Shown here: positions 1-9,100 of the stretch, in pieces
Layout: each line of letters opens with the position of its first letter
Numbering within the stretch: the stretch's first letter is position 1
Source: Geobacter metallireducens GS-15
GTDB taxonomy: Bacteria; Desulfobacterota; Desulfuromonadia; Geobacterales; Geobacteraceae
DNA length: 32,000 nt
Reading direction: 5' to 3'
Assembly (NCBI RefSeq): GCF_000012925.1
Contig: NC_007517.1
Coordinates: 630,001 to 662,000, forward strand
Program-made: the position numbers and the translations under genes
The notes under the pieces: generated by a model
The model's input: only the letters and a program-made list of their open reading frames with translations
The model's database searches: none
What the model was told of the DNA's origin: nothing

Positions 1-1
1 T

Positions 2-733
2 GCGGCGGCATCAGCGGCCTGTACCGCCATCGACAAGGTTCCCTTTACGGTTCGGAAGCAGGGGGACTACTGTCTCACAAGAGACGTTTCACTGCACGAC
101 GGGGCGGTCGGGATTCTCGTGGAAGCCGATCAGACCGTCATCGACCTGGGGGGGCACCGGCTTCAGGGGACGGGCGGCGAGGGGAGCTACGGCATCCGCT
201 CTGAAAAGGGAGTAACACTCCGCAATGGGACCATCAGCGGCTTCAATATCGGCATCGCCGGCGGGTCCGGTTCGCTCATTGAGAACCTGTGGATCGAGAA
301 GAGCACCCGGACGGGAATCTTGGTGAACGGCGCCGGGAGCGTTGTCCGCAACAACATCGTAACCGATGCACGCGCCGCTTTCGAGGCCTATGGCATCGTG
401 GCGATGGGGGGTAAGAACCGTATCCTCGACAACAGGATCACGGAGATGAAGGGGGCTTCCGGCGGGCGGGGATTCGGGATTCGGGTCTATGCCGCCGGCG
501 GGAACGTCATCGAAGGGAACCAGATCGGCAACGCTTCCTTCATCCCCAACACCTTCGGAATCGTCGTCTCCGGGGCGGAATCCCGTAACAACGCCCTGAA
601 TGCCAACAGCATAACCAACGTGGAAAACGGCATCGTCTATGACCGCGGCGGAAGCGGCACCAACCGCGGCAACCGCACCACCGGTGTCCGCAACCGGTAC
701 GTCGGCGGCACCGACGGGGGCGGGAACGATTAG
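2..733 (+). CDS. Right-handed parallel beta-helix repeat protein (NosD/pectate-lyase-like), C-terminal part; 5' end lies outside the window
   Basis: Frame 2 is open from the window edge (no stop in codons 2..121) to TAG at 731-733. The translation shows short Gly/Asn/Ile-rich turns repeated about every 22 aa (GVTLRNGTISGFNIGI.., SVVRNNIVTD.., NRILDNRITE.., NVIEGNQIGN.., NNALNANSITN..), which is typical of beta-helix proteins. Confidence 0.7.
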   Translation, partial: AAASAACTAIDKVPFTVRKQGDYCLTRDVSLHDGAVGILVEADQTVIDLGGHRLQGTGGEGSYGIRSEKGVTLRNGTISGFNIGIAGGSGSLIENLWIEKSTRTGILVNGAGSVVRNNIVTDARAAFEAYGIVAMGGKNRILDNRITEMKGASGGRGFGIRVYAAGGNVIEGNQIGNASFIPNTFGIVVSGAESRNNALNANSITNVENGIVYDRGGSGTNRGNRTTGVRNRYVGGTDGGGND

Positions 734-759
734 GCACATTGGCATATCGGCAGGACCGC

Positions 760-789
760 AACCCGGTGAGGGTAACCTCTCCGGGTTTT
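760..789 (+). terminator. Candidate intrinsic terminator after the beta-helix gene
   Basis: AACCCGGTGAGG (760-771), GTAA loop, then CCTCTCCGGGTT (776-787). This gives a 12-bp stem with one T.T mismatch, followed by only two more T (a run of four T in all), so the T-tract is short. Confidence 0.45.
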
Positions 790-814
790 CCCGTCGAAAG
801 GAAACCCTGGTTCA

Positions 815-2149
815 ATGACGGGTAACGATCTCATGCAACGCCTGGCTTCGCGGCGTGTTTCCCTGACGCTTATCCTGATGCTCCTCTGCATATGCGTCAT
901 CGGCGCATTGGTCCCCCAGAAGTCGACCCTGGAGCCGGAGAGCTATGCCGCATGGGTCGCAGCCGGAGGGGTCCACGATCTCTGGCTGAAGCTCGGATTT
1001 ACCCGCATTTTTTCAACCTGGTATTTTCTCGCGGTCATGATCCTCTTCTTCGCCAGCACCCTCGCTGCGACGATAATACGCGCCCGGGGCCTGCTGAGAC
1101 GGGAGAAGCCGGAGCCGAGCGCCGCAGCCATGGTGGGGGAGCCCTTTTCGACAACGGTTTCCGGCGTACCGCTGGAAAAGTTGAAATTGCGGGTTTCGGG
1201 CTTTTCCTGGCACGAAGGGCTCTGTGCTGACGGCAGATACCTTGCCGGCACACGCTTCGGGATCGCACGGTGGTCCGTCGTGTCGCTCCACCTGTCGTTG
1301 CTGTTGCTCATCCTCGGCGTTCTCGCGAGCCACGCCACCTATTTTCGCGGCTATATGAAGCTGGGAGTGGGGCAGAGTGAACAACTCGACGAATCGGGCT
1401 TTTTCCAGCAGGACAGGGGGATGTTTGCCCCGGCTCTCCCGCAAGGGCTCAAGATCACGCTTCTTTCCTTCGATAACCGGTATCGGGAAGCGGGTTATCT
1501 CCCCGACATTGCGGCGGATTTTCTGCTGGAAGGCGCAGCCGGAGGCCCCCTCAGGACGAGGCTCCTCCGCTCCGGGATGGTATCCTATGGTGGGCTCGAC
1601 CTCTATCTCTCCGTCCGTCGTGGCTTCGGGGTCATCCTCCACACGGTGCGCCGGGACGGTGGGCGGGCATCGGGCTACGTTAATTTCAACTTTCCCGAGG
1701 GGGGGAAAACTCCCCGGGTCCAAGCCGAAATACCCGGTTCCAATGCGCAGGTTGACGTTGAGTTCCTCTCCCGCAACCGCAGGTACGACGACTTGGCCGG
1801 GATTGCAGCACCGGCAATCCGGATGAGATTCATGCGAAACGGAGGCGTCGTTGCCGAGCGCCTCCTTCGTCCCGGTGAGGGAACGGTAGTGGAAGGGATC
1901 AGCTATACGTTCGGGAAGATAGACTACTGGTGCGACATCGCCGCCACGCGTGATCCCGGCATTTATCTCATTTACGCCGGCTTTGCCGCCGCCGCCCTGA
2001 CCCTGGTCCTTTTTGCGTTCTTTCCGACCGCGGAAATCCGGCTTCTGGGGGCAGGGGGGACGGACTCCGTTCATGTCGCTGTCCGGTGCGAGCGGTTCAG
2101 GTCGGTGGCCGAGCGGATCCTCGAACAAATCACGGAGGAAAGAACCTGA
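815..2149 (+). CDS. ccsB: ResB/CcsB (Ccs1)-family cytochrome c biogenesis protein, System II, copy 1
   Basis: 444-aa ORF. The N-terminal ..RRVSLTLILMLLCICVIGALVPQK.. matches the ResB TM1 '..G..IPQ' signature. A second TM (FSTWYFLAVMILFFAS), an H-containing TM (SLHLSLLLLILGV), a large soluble middle region and a C-terminal TM follow. AAAGGAAA RBS about 10 nt upstream. The stop overlaps the start of the next gene (ATGA). Confidence 0.8.
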   Translation: MTGNDLMQRLASRRVSLTLILMLLCICVIGALVPQKSTLEPESYAAWVAAGGVHDLWLKLGFTRIFSTWYFLAVMILFFASTLAATIIRARGLLRREKPEPSAAAMVGEPFSTTVSGVPLEKLKLRVSGFSWHEGLCADGRYLAGTRFGIARWSVVSLHLSLLLLILGVLASHATYFRGYMKLGVGQSEQLDESGFFQQDRGMFAPALPQGLKITLLSFDNRYREAGYLPDIAADFLLEGAAGGPLRTRLLRSGMVSYGGLDLYLSVRRGFGVILHTVRRDGGRASGYVNFNFPEGGKTPRVQAEIPGSNAQVDVEFLSRNRRYDDLAGIAAPAIRMRFMRNGGVVAERLLRPGEGTVVEGISYTFGKIDYWCDIAATRDPGIYLIYAGFAAAALTLVLFAFFPTAEIRLLGAGGTDSVHVAVRCERFRSVAERILEQITEERT

Positions 2150-2958
2150 TGGACGTCATTTTTTTCTGGATAGCGACAACACTTTATGCCCTGTCGGCGG
2201 TGCTGTACCTGATCCACTTCATCTTCGACAAAAAGTGGGGCGAGAAGGGGGCGGCGGCGCTGGCGGCAGGGGGGATCGTGCCCCACGTGGCTGCCGTCGC
2301 CATGCGCTGGGTGCAGGCCGGACACGGTCCCTACATCACCCGTTACGAGGTTTTTTCATCCGATGCGCTCATCGCGGTTGCAGTCTTCCTCGCGGCCGGC
2401 CTTTTGTACCGGAAGATCAGGGTCGCGGGGGCGATCGTCATGAGCGGAGCCTTTCTGATGATGGGATACGGTGCCCTGTCGGTGGATACCAAGGCTGCGG
2501 CGCCGATCACCTTCAAGAGTTGGTGGTTGGTCATCCACATCCTGTTCGGCAAGGTTATCACCGGAGCCATGCTGATTGCGGGGGCGCTTGCCGTCTTCTA
2601 TCTCTTGAAGAGCAAACGGCCCGAACGCTGGCCAAGACTTCCTGACGTGGCCTCGCTCGACGACCTCTCGTACCGCTTTCTGTCACTGGGCTTCTGCGCT
2701 CTGGGGCTGATGATCGTCGCCGGTTCCATCTGGGCCAACAGCGCATGGGGGCGATACTGGGGGTGGGATCCCATCGAAACGTGGTCTCTCATCTCCTGGA
2801 TAACCGTCGGCGCCATACTCCACCTGCGTCGTCTCCACGGGTGGCGTGGCAGAAGGATGGCCTGGCTCACCATTGCGGCACTTCTTCTCGCCATATTCAC
2901 CGCCTTCCTTATCACCATTGTCAGCCCCGGCATTCACAGCAGTTACATGGTCAAATAG
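2149..2958 (+). CDS. ccsA: CcsA/ResC cytochrome c-type biogenesis protein (heme-handling WWD protein), copy 1
   Basis: Trp-rich WWD motif WGRYWGWDPIETWSLISW followed by HLRR, plus a TM His (WWLVIHILFG). The in-frame ATG at 2149 overlaps the ccsB TGA (2147-2149). The track ORF start at 2086 lies inside ccsB and is unlikely to be used. Confidence 0.9.
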   Translation: MDVIFFWIATTLYALSAVLYLIHFIFDKKWGEKGAAALAAGGIVPHVAAVAMRWVQAGHGPYITRYEVFSSDALIAVAVFLAAGLLYRKIRVAGAIVMSGAFLMMGYGALSVDTKAAAPITFKSWWLVIHILFGKVITGAMLIAGALAVFYLLKSKRPERWPRLPDVASLDDLSYRFLSLGFCALGLMIVAGSIWANSAWGRYWGWDPIETWSLISWITVGAILHLRRLHGWRGRRMAWLTIAALLLAIFTAFLITIVSPGIHSSYMVK

Positions 2959-3212
2959 TGTATTCACCCAGCGTTGGCACGTGGGAAGCTTTACAATGTG
3001 CCATCCGATCGTCGGTTGTAAGGGTCGCGGAAAGGTGTGCCACGGCCGTTCGGCAGATGTTTTAAGTTCATAATAGTTGAGTATATTCTTTCTTTTCCCG
3101 CGTCCTCTCCACCGTCAATAACAATTTCTGTTCCTCCCTCATTTCAATATGAAAAATTTATTATATTAATGTTGTTAAATGGTTGTGCACTGGCGCCGCT
3201 TTTCCCTGATAT

Positions 3213-3228
3213 TGGTACCGCTCTTGCT
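3213..3228 (+). promoter_or_regulatory. Candidate sigma-54 (RpoN) -24/-12 promoter for the cytochrome operon
   Basis: TGGTACCGCTCTTGCT compared with the consensus TGGCACG-N4-TTGCW. It matches 10 of 12 defined positions, has exact spacing, and keeps the invariant GG and GC. It sits in the 486-nt intergenic region about 215 nt upstream of the ATG at 3445, just downstream of a tract that is about 30% GC (hand count over 3061-3180). Confidence 0.5.
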
Positions 3229-3444
3229 GTCAGGTAATTGGACGTTACCGCTCCGGCGGTTTATGTGTAGGGTGCTGGAGGTATAACCGTAAGCATCCAA
3301 GCGTGTTAACCTGTGATGGGCTGTAAATGGATTCCAGTCTTTGAGGCCGAATTAACAGTGGTTTGACAGGCTGGTGTCATAATTTTGCTTTTTTTGAACG
3401 TCTGGACGTTGTTGTGCTCATCATGATTTGACGTGGGGGAAGTC

Positions 3445-6054
3445 ATGGGTACGGAGAATAGAACGAAACGAACCTCTGGTGCAGTACCAGTGCTGGTTGC
3501 CTTTGCGGCTTCGATGGCGCTGGTACTCTTCGTTTTGTGCGGTACGACCCCTGTCCACGCTGGAACCATCACCAGCTGTTCCGGCTGTCACGGCATGCCG
3601 CCGGCGGACGCCGCCTTCCGCAACATCTCCACCGGCGGCTTTGCCGGCAATCACGGTACCCATCTCGGCGCTTCCGCCAGTGCCGGCGACTGTACCAGGT
3701 GCCACAATAATTCCGGTTATCTCAACAGCCACCGGGACGGCAAAATTCAGCTGGCGTCCAATATCAATACCTCGCCGGCTCCCGGCGGCGGCCTGTACAA
3801 GGTATCCGGATCGGCAGTCACCTTCTGGAACCAGACGTCCATTCCGGTCCCCGGGTCATGCAGCAACGTCAACTGCCACTTCGAGGCGGCAACTCCCCTG
3901 TGGGGCTCCACGGCGTTCACCTCTCCGGCCGATTGCAATAAATGTCACGGCGCCCCGCCAAGTGGCGGAACATCGGGCGCGGCCGGCAGCCACTCCCGGC
4001 ACGACCAGTACTATGCCGGTGTCGCCAACTGCCAGAAGTGCCATTCAAACAATACGACCTTCCAGCATGCCACCAGCGCCGGGCATCGCAATCTGAACAT
4101 CAGCTTCGCCGCCGCCCCCAACAACGGCAGCGGCGTCTATTCCGGCCCCCTCAATGATTACCTGCCGAGCCAGATCAATGGGTTCGGCACCTGCACCAGC
4201 CTCTACTGCCACAGTAACGGCCAGAAAAGCATGGGCAACTTCTCCACCGTCACCGTACCGACCTGGGGAACCCCCCTGCCGGCCAACTGCACGGGGTGCC
4301 ACAGGTCCAACAACGCCTCCGGCAACGCCATGGCCACCGGCAGCCATAAACGGCACGTGGGTACTGATTCGCAAGGTTATTCAAACAACATAGCCTGTGC
4401 AAAGTGCCATGCCGCCACGGTCAACGGCACCATGGCCATTGCGGACACCACCGTCCACGTCAACGCCAAGGTTAATATCAAGTTCAACAGCCTCACCACT
4501 GCCGTCAACGGCACCTATGGGGGCCAGGCGACCCCCTATGCCAAGGATCCTGGCACCGCTTACGGCCAGTGCAACAATGTCTACTGCCATTCGAACGTCC
4601 AGAACGACGGCGGGGTCGGCATAACCTACCGGCAGCCCACGTGGGGCAATGGGGCGAGCGGCACCTGCGGCACCTGTCACGGCGGCGGCAACCACTTTAT
4701 GGAGGCTGATATTGCGACCGGCAGCCATACCAAGCATCTGTCATCGACAGCGACTCCCTATACCATGGCGACACGCTGCATAGTCTGTCACAACGTCGGC
4801 GGATTGCCGTTCAACGGCAGCTGCAACAATTCGTGCCATAGCGGGCTATCGCGGCACACTGACGGGAAGATAGACCTTGCGTTCCCGTCCAATTTCGGTG
4901 CTACGGCGGCCTACAACGGCACCCCGAGGCCGGGCAACGGCTACAGCACCTGCTCCAACGTCAACTGCCACTACAGCACCACCACCCCGACCTGGGGAAC
5001 GTCGACCCCCATCGGCTGCCTCGGCTGCCACACCCTTGCCGTGCTGCGGGCCAGCGGCGCCCATGCCAAGCATATCAGCGCCACCGCCTCGCCGACCATG
5101 TACAACTACACCGCCAACCGCTCCACGGCGACGGAATACGACTTCGGCTGCTCCAACTGCCATCCTGTCACCGCAACGGGCAATCACTACAATTCGGTCA
5201 TCAACGTGACCCTCAAGAAGGATGAGGCCGGGGTGGGCTCCCTGCGCGCCAAAAACAGTGCCACGGCGGTCGGCGTCAACGTCGCCAACAGCGGCATCAC
5301 CGGCACAACCAAAGTCAGCATCAGGTGCTCGATGGCCTACTGCCACAGCAACGGCAACGCCGCCGGCCTGGTCTACGCCACCACGCCGGACTGGTACGGC
5401 GGCAGCTTCACCGGCGACCGCTGCGCCAACTGCCACGGCAACGCCCCCAACACCACCATTGCCGGTTCCAAGTCCCACTACAACAACCGCTTCCTCGGCT
5501 ACACCAGCAACCCGGGGGGGCACCAGATTGCAATCCATGCCATGGGGATCTACAGCAGCCCGAGCGGCCTGGCCAAGGCGGGCACCGGCAATGACAGCAG
5601 CCACGGCAATGCCGCCACATCAACAACCATCGGCTGCAATATCTGCCACTACCTGACGGTCACCACCGCCCGCAACGATGACAACTTTGTCTGCAAAACC
5701 TGCCACTATGCCGGCAATACCGTGGGCGCCCTGGCCGGAAACCCGGCCGCCATCGCCGACCGGTCGAAGCACGTCAACGGAACGGCCGATGTGGCGTTCC
5801 AGCCGGTTACCGTGCTTTCCAAGGCGCAGATGCGGCAGATCTACTTCACGTCATACAGCGGCACCTTCAAGCGCAACGGCGTGTACAAGACCTCCGGCGC
5901 GTACGACTCCGCCAAGGCAGCGCTCAACACGGCAACCATGTGGGACGGCGGCAGCAAGACCTGCTCCAATGTCGCCTGCCATAACAGCCAGAGCGTGAAA
6001 TGGACCGATAATGACGGCGCGACAACGTGTGTCAATTGCCATAACGCCATGTAA
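3445..6054 (+). CDS. Secreted multiheme c-type cytochrome with repeated CxxxxCH...CxxCH units (Geobacter-type domain)
   Basis: Signal peptide (..VPVLVAFAASMALVLFVLCGTTPVHA|GT). Manual count gives 14 CxxCH, 6 CX4CH (CSNVNCH, CTSLYCH, CNNVYCH, CSNVNCH, CSMAYCH, CSNVACH) and 1 CX3CH (CNNSCH). The ATG at 3445 is preceded by GGGGGAAG; a GTG at 3433 is an alternative start. Confidence 0.9.
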   Translation: MGTENRTKRTSGAVPVLVAFAASMALVLFVLCGTTPVHAGTITSCSGCHGMPPADAAFRNISTGGFAGNHGTHLGASASAGDCTRCHNNSGYLNSHRDGKIQLASNINTSPAPGGGLYKVSGSAVTFWNQTSIPVPGSCSNVNCHFEAATPLWGSTAFTSPADCNKCHGAPPSGGTSGAAGSHSRHDQYYAGVANCQKCHSNNTTFQHATSAGHRNLNISFAAAPNNGSGVYSGPLNDYLPSQINGFGTCTSLYCHSNGQKSMGNFSTVTVPTWGTPLPANCTGCHRSNNASGNAMATGSHKRHVGTDSQGYSNNIACAKCHAATVNGTMAIADTTVHVNAKVNIKFNSLTTAVNGTYGGQATPYAKDPGTAYGQCNNVYCHSNVQNDGGVGITYRQPTWGNGASGTCGTCHGGGNHFMEADIATGSHTKHLSSTATPYTMATRCIVCHNVGGLPFNGSCNNSCHSGLSRHTDGKIDLAFPSNFGATAAYNGTPRPGNGYSTCSNVNCHYSTTTPTWGTSTPIGCLGCHTLAVLRASGAHAKHISATASPTMYNYTANRSTATEYDFGCSNCHPVTATGNHYNSVINVTLKKDEAGVGSLRAKNSATAVGVNVANSGITGTTKVSIRCSMAYCHSNGNAAGLVYATTPDWYGGSFTGDRCANCHGNAPNTTIAGSKSHYNNRFLGYTSNPGGHQIAIHAMGIYSSPSGLAKAGTGNDSSHGNAATSTTIGCNICHYLTVTTARNDDNFVCKTCHYAGNTVGALAGNPAAIADRSKHVNGTADVAFQPVTVLSKAQMRQIYFTSYSGTFKRNGVYKTSGAYDSAKAALNTATMWDGGSKTCSNVACHNSQSVKWTDNDGATTCVNCHNAM

Positions 6055-6151
6055 CCGGTAAGGTATGCGCTTCGTACAGGGGGGAGGTGTTTTTGCCCCT
6101 GTACGTCGTAACAAAGTAACGGACTTTCCAGCACTGAACGAGGGAACTTAT

Positions 6152-9100
6152 ATGGGAACGACAATCGCCAGGCAGATCAGGAGCATGGGGCTGCGGACTA
6201 AAATCGGCATCATTGTGATGCTGGTCGTGGGCTGTTTCCTGTATCAGATCATGTTCAAGCCGATGATTGGCGATACAGCCACCCAGACCTATTATTTCAC
6301 CACTGATTCCACATCGGTGAACCTCGGCGCCGATGGCAGCACCAGCACCGCGGCGTCGCTCGGCGGCAAAATATCCATGAAGGTCGGTGTCTATGCCTTC
6401 TCCCGCAGTGTCAGCGCCGCGTCCAATACCTCCGAACAGAGGATGATCAGCGCCTATGGGCCGGTCTATGCCGCCAAGCAGACCATTAACGCGCCTGCCG
6501 TCACGATCGGCGTGAGGGACCGCAACGGCACCGCAAATGCCATTTACTGGAAGGCCTACGTCTACGCCTATAACCCGGCGGTGGCCCCCGGCACCGGCAA
6601 CCCCACGGCTACCGGTGCCGCCAATAACGCGAGATTGCTCTGGACATCGGACGAGATGGAGGCCCATCCCTCGGTGCAGACGCCGCTGGACATGACCTTC
6701 ACCAATCCTGCACTGCAGACCATAGATGCCGGACAGCGGATCAAGGTGGTCATCACCGCCCGCCTGGCAAGTACCGCCTCGTCGGCCCGCCTCTTCTGGG
6801 GGGGCGGAAGCAACTATTCGTTCTTTACCGTCACCGAAGCCCCCTATGTGGCTGATTCGGTTACCGTCTCAAACCTGGCCGATTACTATGCCGGCGGTCT
6901 CACCTCCGTCACCCAGGGGGACACCAATGTTCCCATGCTTAGATTCGACCTGTACACCAACGTGGCCGGGGGGGTCAACTGGTCGGGCGGGCTTCTGGAT
7001 AAGATCGGCACCAATACCAGCGTCCTCAACCCCCTTCTGCCGGTGGACGAACCGGGAGACGTCTCCTTTTCGATCTACCGGGATGCCGATAATGACGGCG
7101 TCTTCGAACCCACCGACACCCTGATCGGCGGACCATACAATTTCAGCCAGTTGACCAAACAGGGGTATTCGTTGCCGACTCCGGAAGCACTTACCGCCAC
7201 GCCCCGGCGCTATTTCATCACTTACACCATTCGCAAGAACGCGACCTATAACACCACTGTCGGCGCCCGCATTGTGGATGGCAGTTATTTCACCGTCGAC
7301 GCCGCGGCGACGAACGGCGTGCGAAATGTGACCAGCACGTCGTCCTCAACGCCCCTCATCCAGTATGGGGGCACCCCGGTCGTCAAGAACTACGCGGCGG
7401 ACTGGGATGCCGGCACGTCACTGACGAACATCGCCGAAACCGGCGGGCCGGGCTCCACAACCTCCACCTGTATTACCAGAACCACGGCAGGGTCGGCATT
7501 CCCGCTGGTCGGCCTGCTCAACTACCCCAACCACTCTTGTGCCAGTGTGGCGGGGCAGAACTACAGCAACACCAGCGGCAGCACCCAGCCGGATTTCGTC
7601 AGGCTCTATTTCAGCGGGGACGGCTACCACTCCGATATGCTGTCCATCAAGGGGCGCAGTTTTACCTACCGGCTCTATACCCCGTCAGGCGGCGGCACGG
7701 TCACCCTGCAGATGTTCTACGTCACCAGCGGGGGCGTGCGGGTTAATGCCCCGATTGCATCGACCTACAAATCCACCGGTACTCTCAGCCAGACCATTAC
7801 CACCTCCCTGTCCGGTCAGGATTTTTCCAATGTCCCCCTTGGCGCCCGCCTCGGCATCCAGATCGGCGTCACCGCCAATGCGCAGATCGGCCTCGGCGGC
7901 GCGGTCGGCGCCCAACTGCAGGTGGAGGAAACGGCGGCCCTGAATGAAAACGTCGATGTGGGCGACGGTTTCCCCAGTGTCAATGCCAACGTCTATGCGG
8001 GCGACACCAGCAAGGTGATCGATTCGTTCACCTTGAGCGCTTCCAAGGCAAAGACCGTCTCTTCGATTTCGATCAAGGGCAACCCCCTGTTCAACAGCAC
8101 AAATATCAAAAATGTCTGGATTTATCAGGACAACTCGACCGGCGGCATGCTTGGGGCCCTTGACGGCACCGACACCCTGATCGGGTCCACCTCCGTAATC
8201 ACCGGCAACGTCGCGACGGTTTCGGTCGGCAGCCTGGCCATCGACAACAAGACCAAGCGATTCCTGGTGGTCGTCGATATCGGCGACACCCCCAACACCA
8301 ACGTAATCCTGAACGCTCTGGTCAGTGACCTGGCGGTTGTCACTTCCGGCACCATCGGCGAGAACAGCGACAGTTCGTCGGCGAATCTGACGATCCTGCC
8401 GACCACGACGGTGAGCGGCGGCACTGCCGAGCCTCCCGGCGTGATCGTTCCTTCCGGCGCCGGCGCCACCAAGCTGGATGCGTTCAATCTTGCCACCAAC
8501 GGCGGGGTCAACGACACGTTCTCCAGCGTCACGGTCACGCTTTCGACGACCAGCACCCTGCCCGCGGGCAAGGTCATCTCCGACTACGTTGCGCGGCTTG
8601 ATATCATCAAGGCTGACGGCACTTCCTTCGGGCACCTGACTTCTCCCACCCAGGTCAATAACTGGCAGGTCACGACCACCGGCCTGGCCGCCACCACCAC
8701 GCCCACCGATTATTACGTGGCCGTTACTCCCAAGGCGGGCCAGGGGATTACCTACGACGTCAAGGCCCAGGTTGTCTCGGTGGTCCACTCCAGGACGACC
8801 AACCGGCTGCTGCTGAGCGACCCGTCCAGCGCAACGGTCATCATGGACCAGCAGCCGCCGACCGACCCGACCCTGACTGTCGCCACCGGCACCTATCACA
8901 ATGATATTGACCGCGCCGAGATCAACCTGAACTGGACCACCGCGACCGATACCAGCGGGAGCGCGGTCAGCTACGTTGTCGTGCGTGGCCTGGGGAATGC
9001 GCCGCCGCCACGCAATTGCACGGTGGACAACGTAAAGACCTTCCCGGTTTACTCCGGCACGGGCACATCACTTATCGACAAAAACCTGGATGAAGGCATT

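Noticed and set aside
1013-2128. Long minus-strand ORFs throughout the window (for example 1013..2128, 7685..8899, 9230..10285, 10355..11524, 11528..12667, 12701..13834, 17126..18166, 18679..19869, 21404..22537, 27117..29033, 31221..31898)
   Set aside because: Each lies wholly antisense to a + strand gene with clear family motifs. Their translations are Arg/Gly/Ala/Pro-rich and low in complexity, with no recognisable motifs or RBS. These are typical shadow ORFs of high-GC DNA.
3036-3065. Possible terminator after ccsA copy 1 (GTGCCACGGCCGTTCGGCAG followed by a T-rich stretch)
   Set aside because: The stem is short and imperfect (the ACGGCCGT core is self-palindromic with no loop), so it is not convincing as an intrinsic terminator.
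3037-3237. 66-aa ORF in the AT-rich intergenic region
   Set aside because: It has no RBS and its product is low in complexity and hydrophobic. It overlaps the predicted promoter elements. It is most likely a chance ORF in non-coding DNA.
3363-3383. Perfect TTGACA hexamer suggesting a sigma-70 promoter
   Set aside because: The only -10-like hexamer nearby (CATAAT, 3378..3383) is just 9 nt away, and nothing TATAAT-like occurs at a 16 to 18 nt spacing.
3239-3410. Repeated 8-mer TGGACGTT (3239..3246 and 3403..3410) and the near-palindrome AACGTC-TG-GACGTT (3397..3410)
   Set aside because: A single 8-mer repeat within about 500 nt is expected by chance. The palindrome has a 2-nt centre, so it cannot form a hairpin, and there is no supporting context.
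3229-3444. Possible c-di-GMP/cGAMP (GEMM-I) riboswitch in the cytochrome leader, as is known upstream of several Geobacter cytochrome genes
   Set aside because: I looked for the conserved GEMM-I core (..GGCAAACC..GGGACGCAAAGCC..-like elements) and did not find it. A covariance-model scan is still worthwhile, but nothing is visible by eye.
6065-6151. Upstream start codons given by the ORF track for several genes (6065, 2086, 16130, 22576, 23637, 30510)
   Set aside because: Each would overlap the preceding gene substantially, or would add residues ahead of a clear signal peptide. Downstream in-frame starts with an RBS or with stop/start overlaps (ATGA, TGATG, GTGA) fit better.
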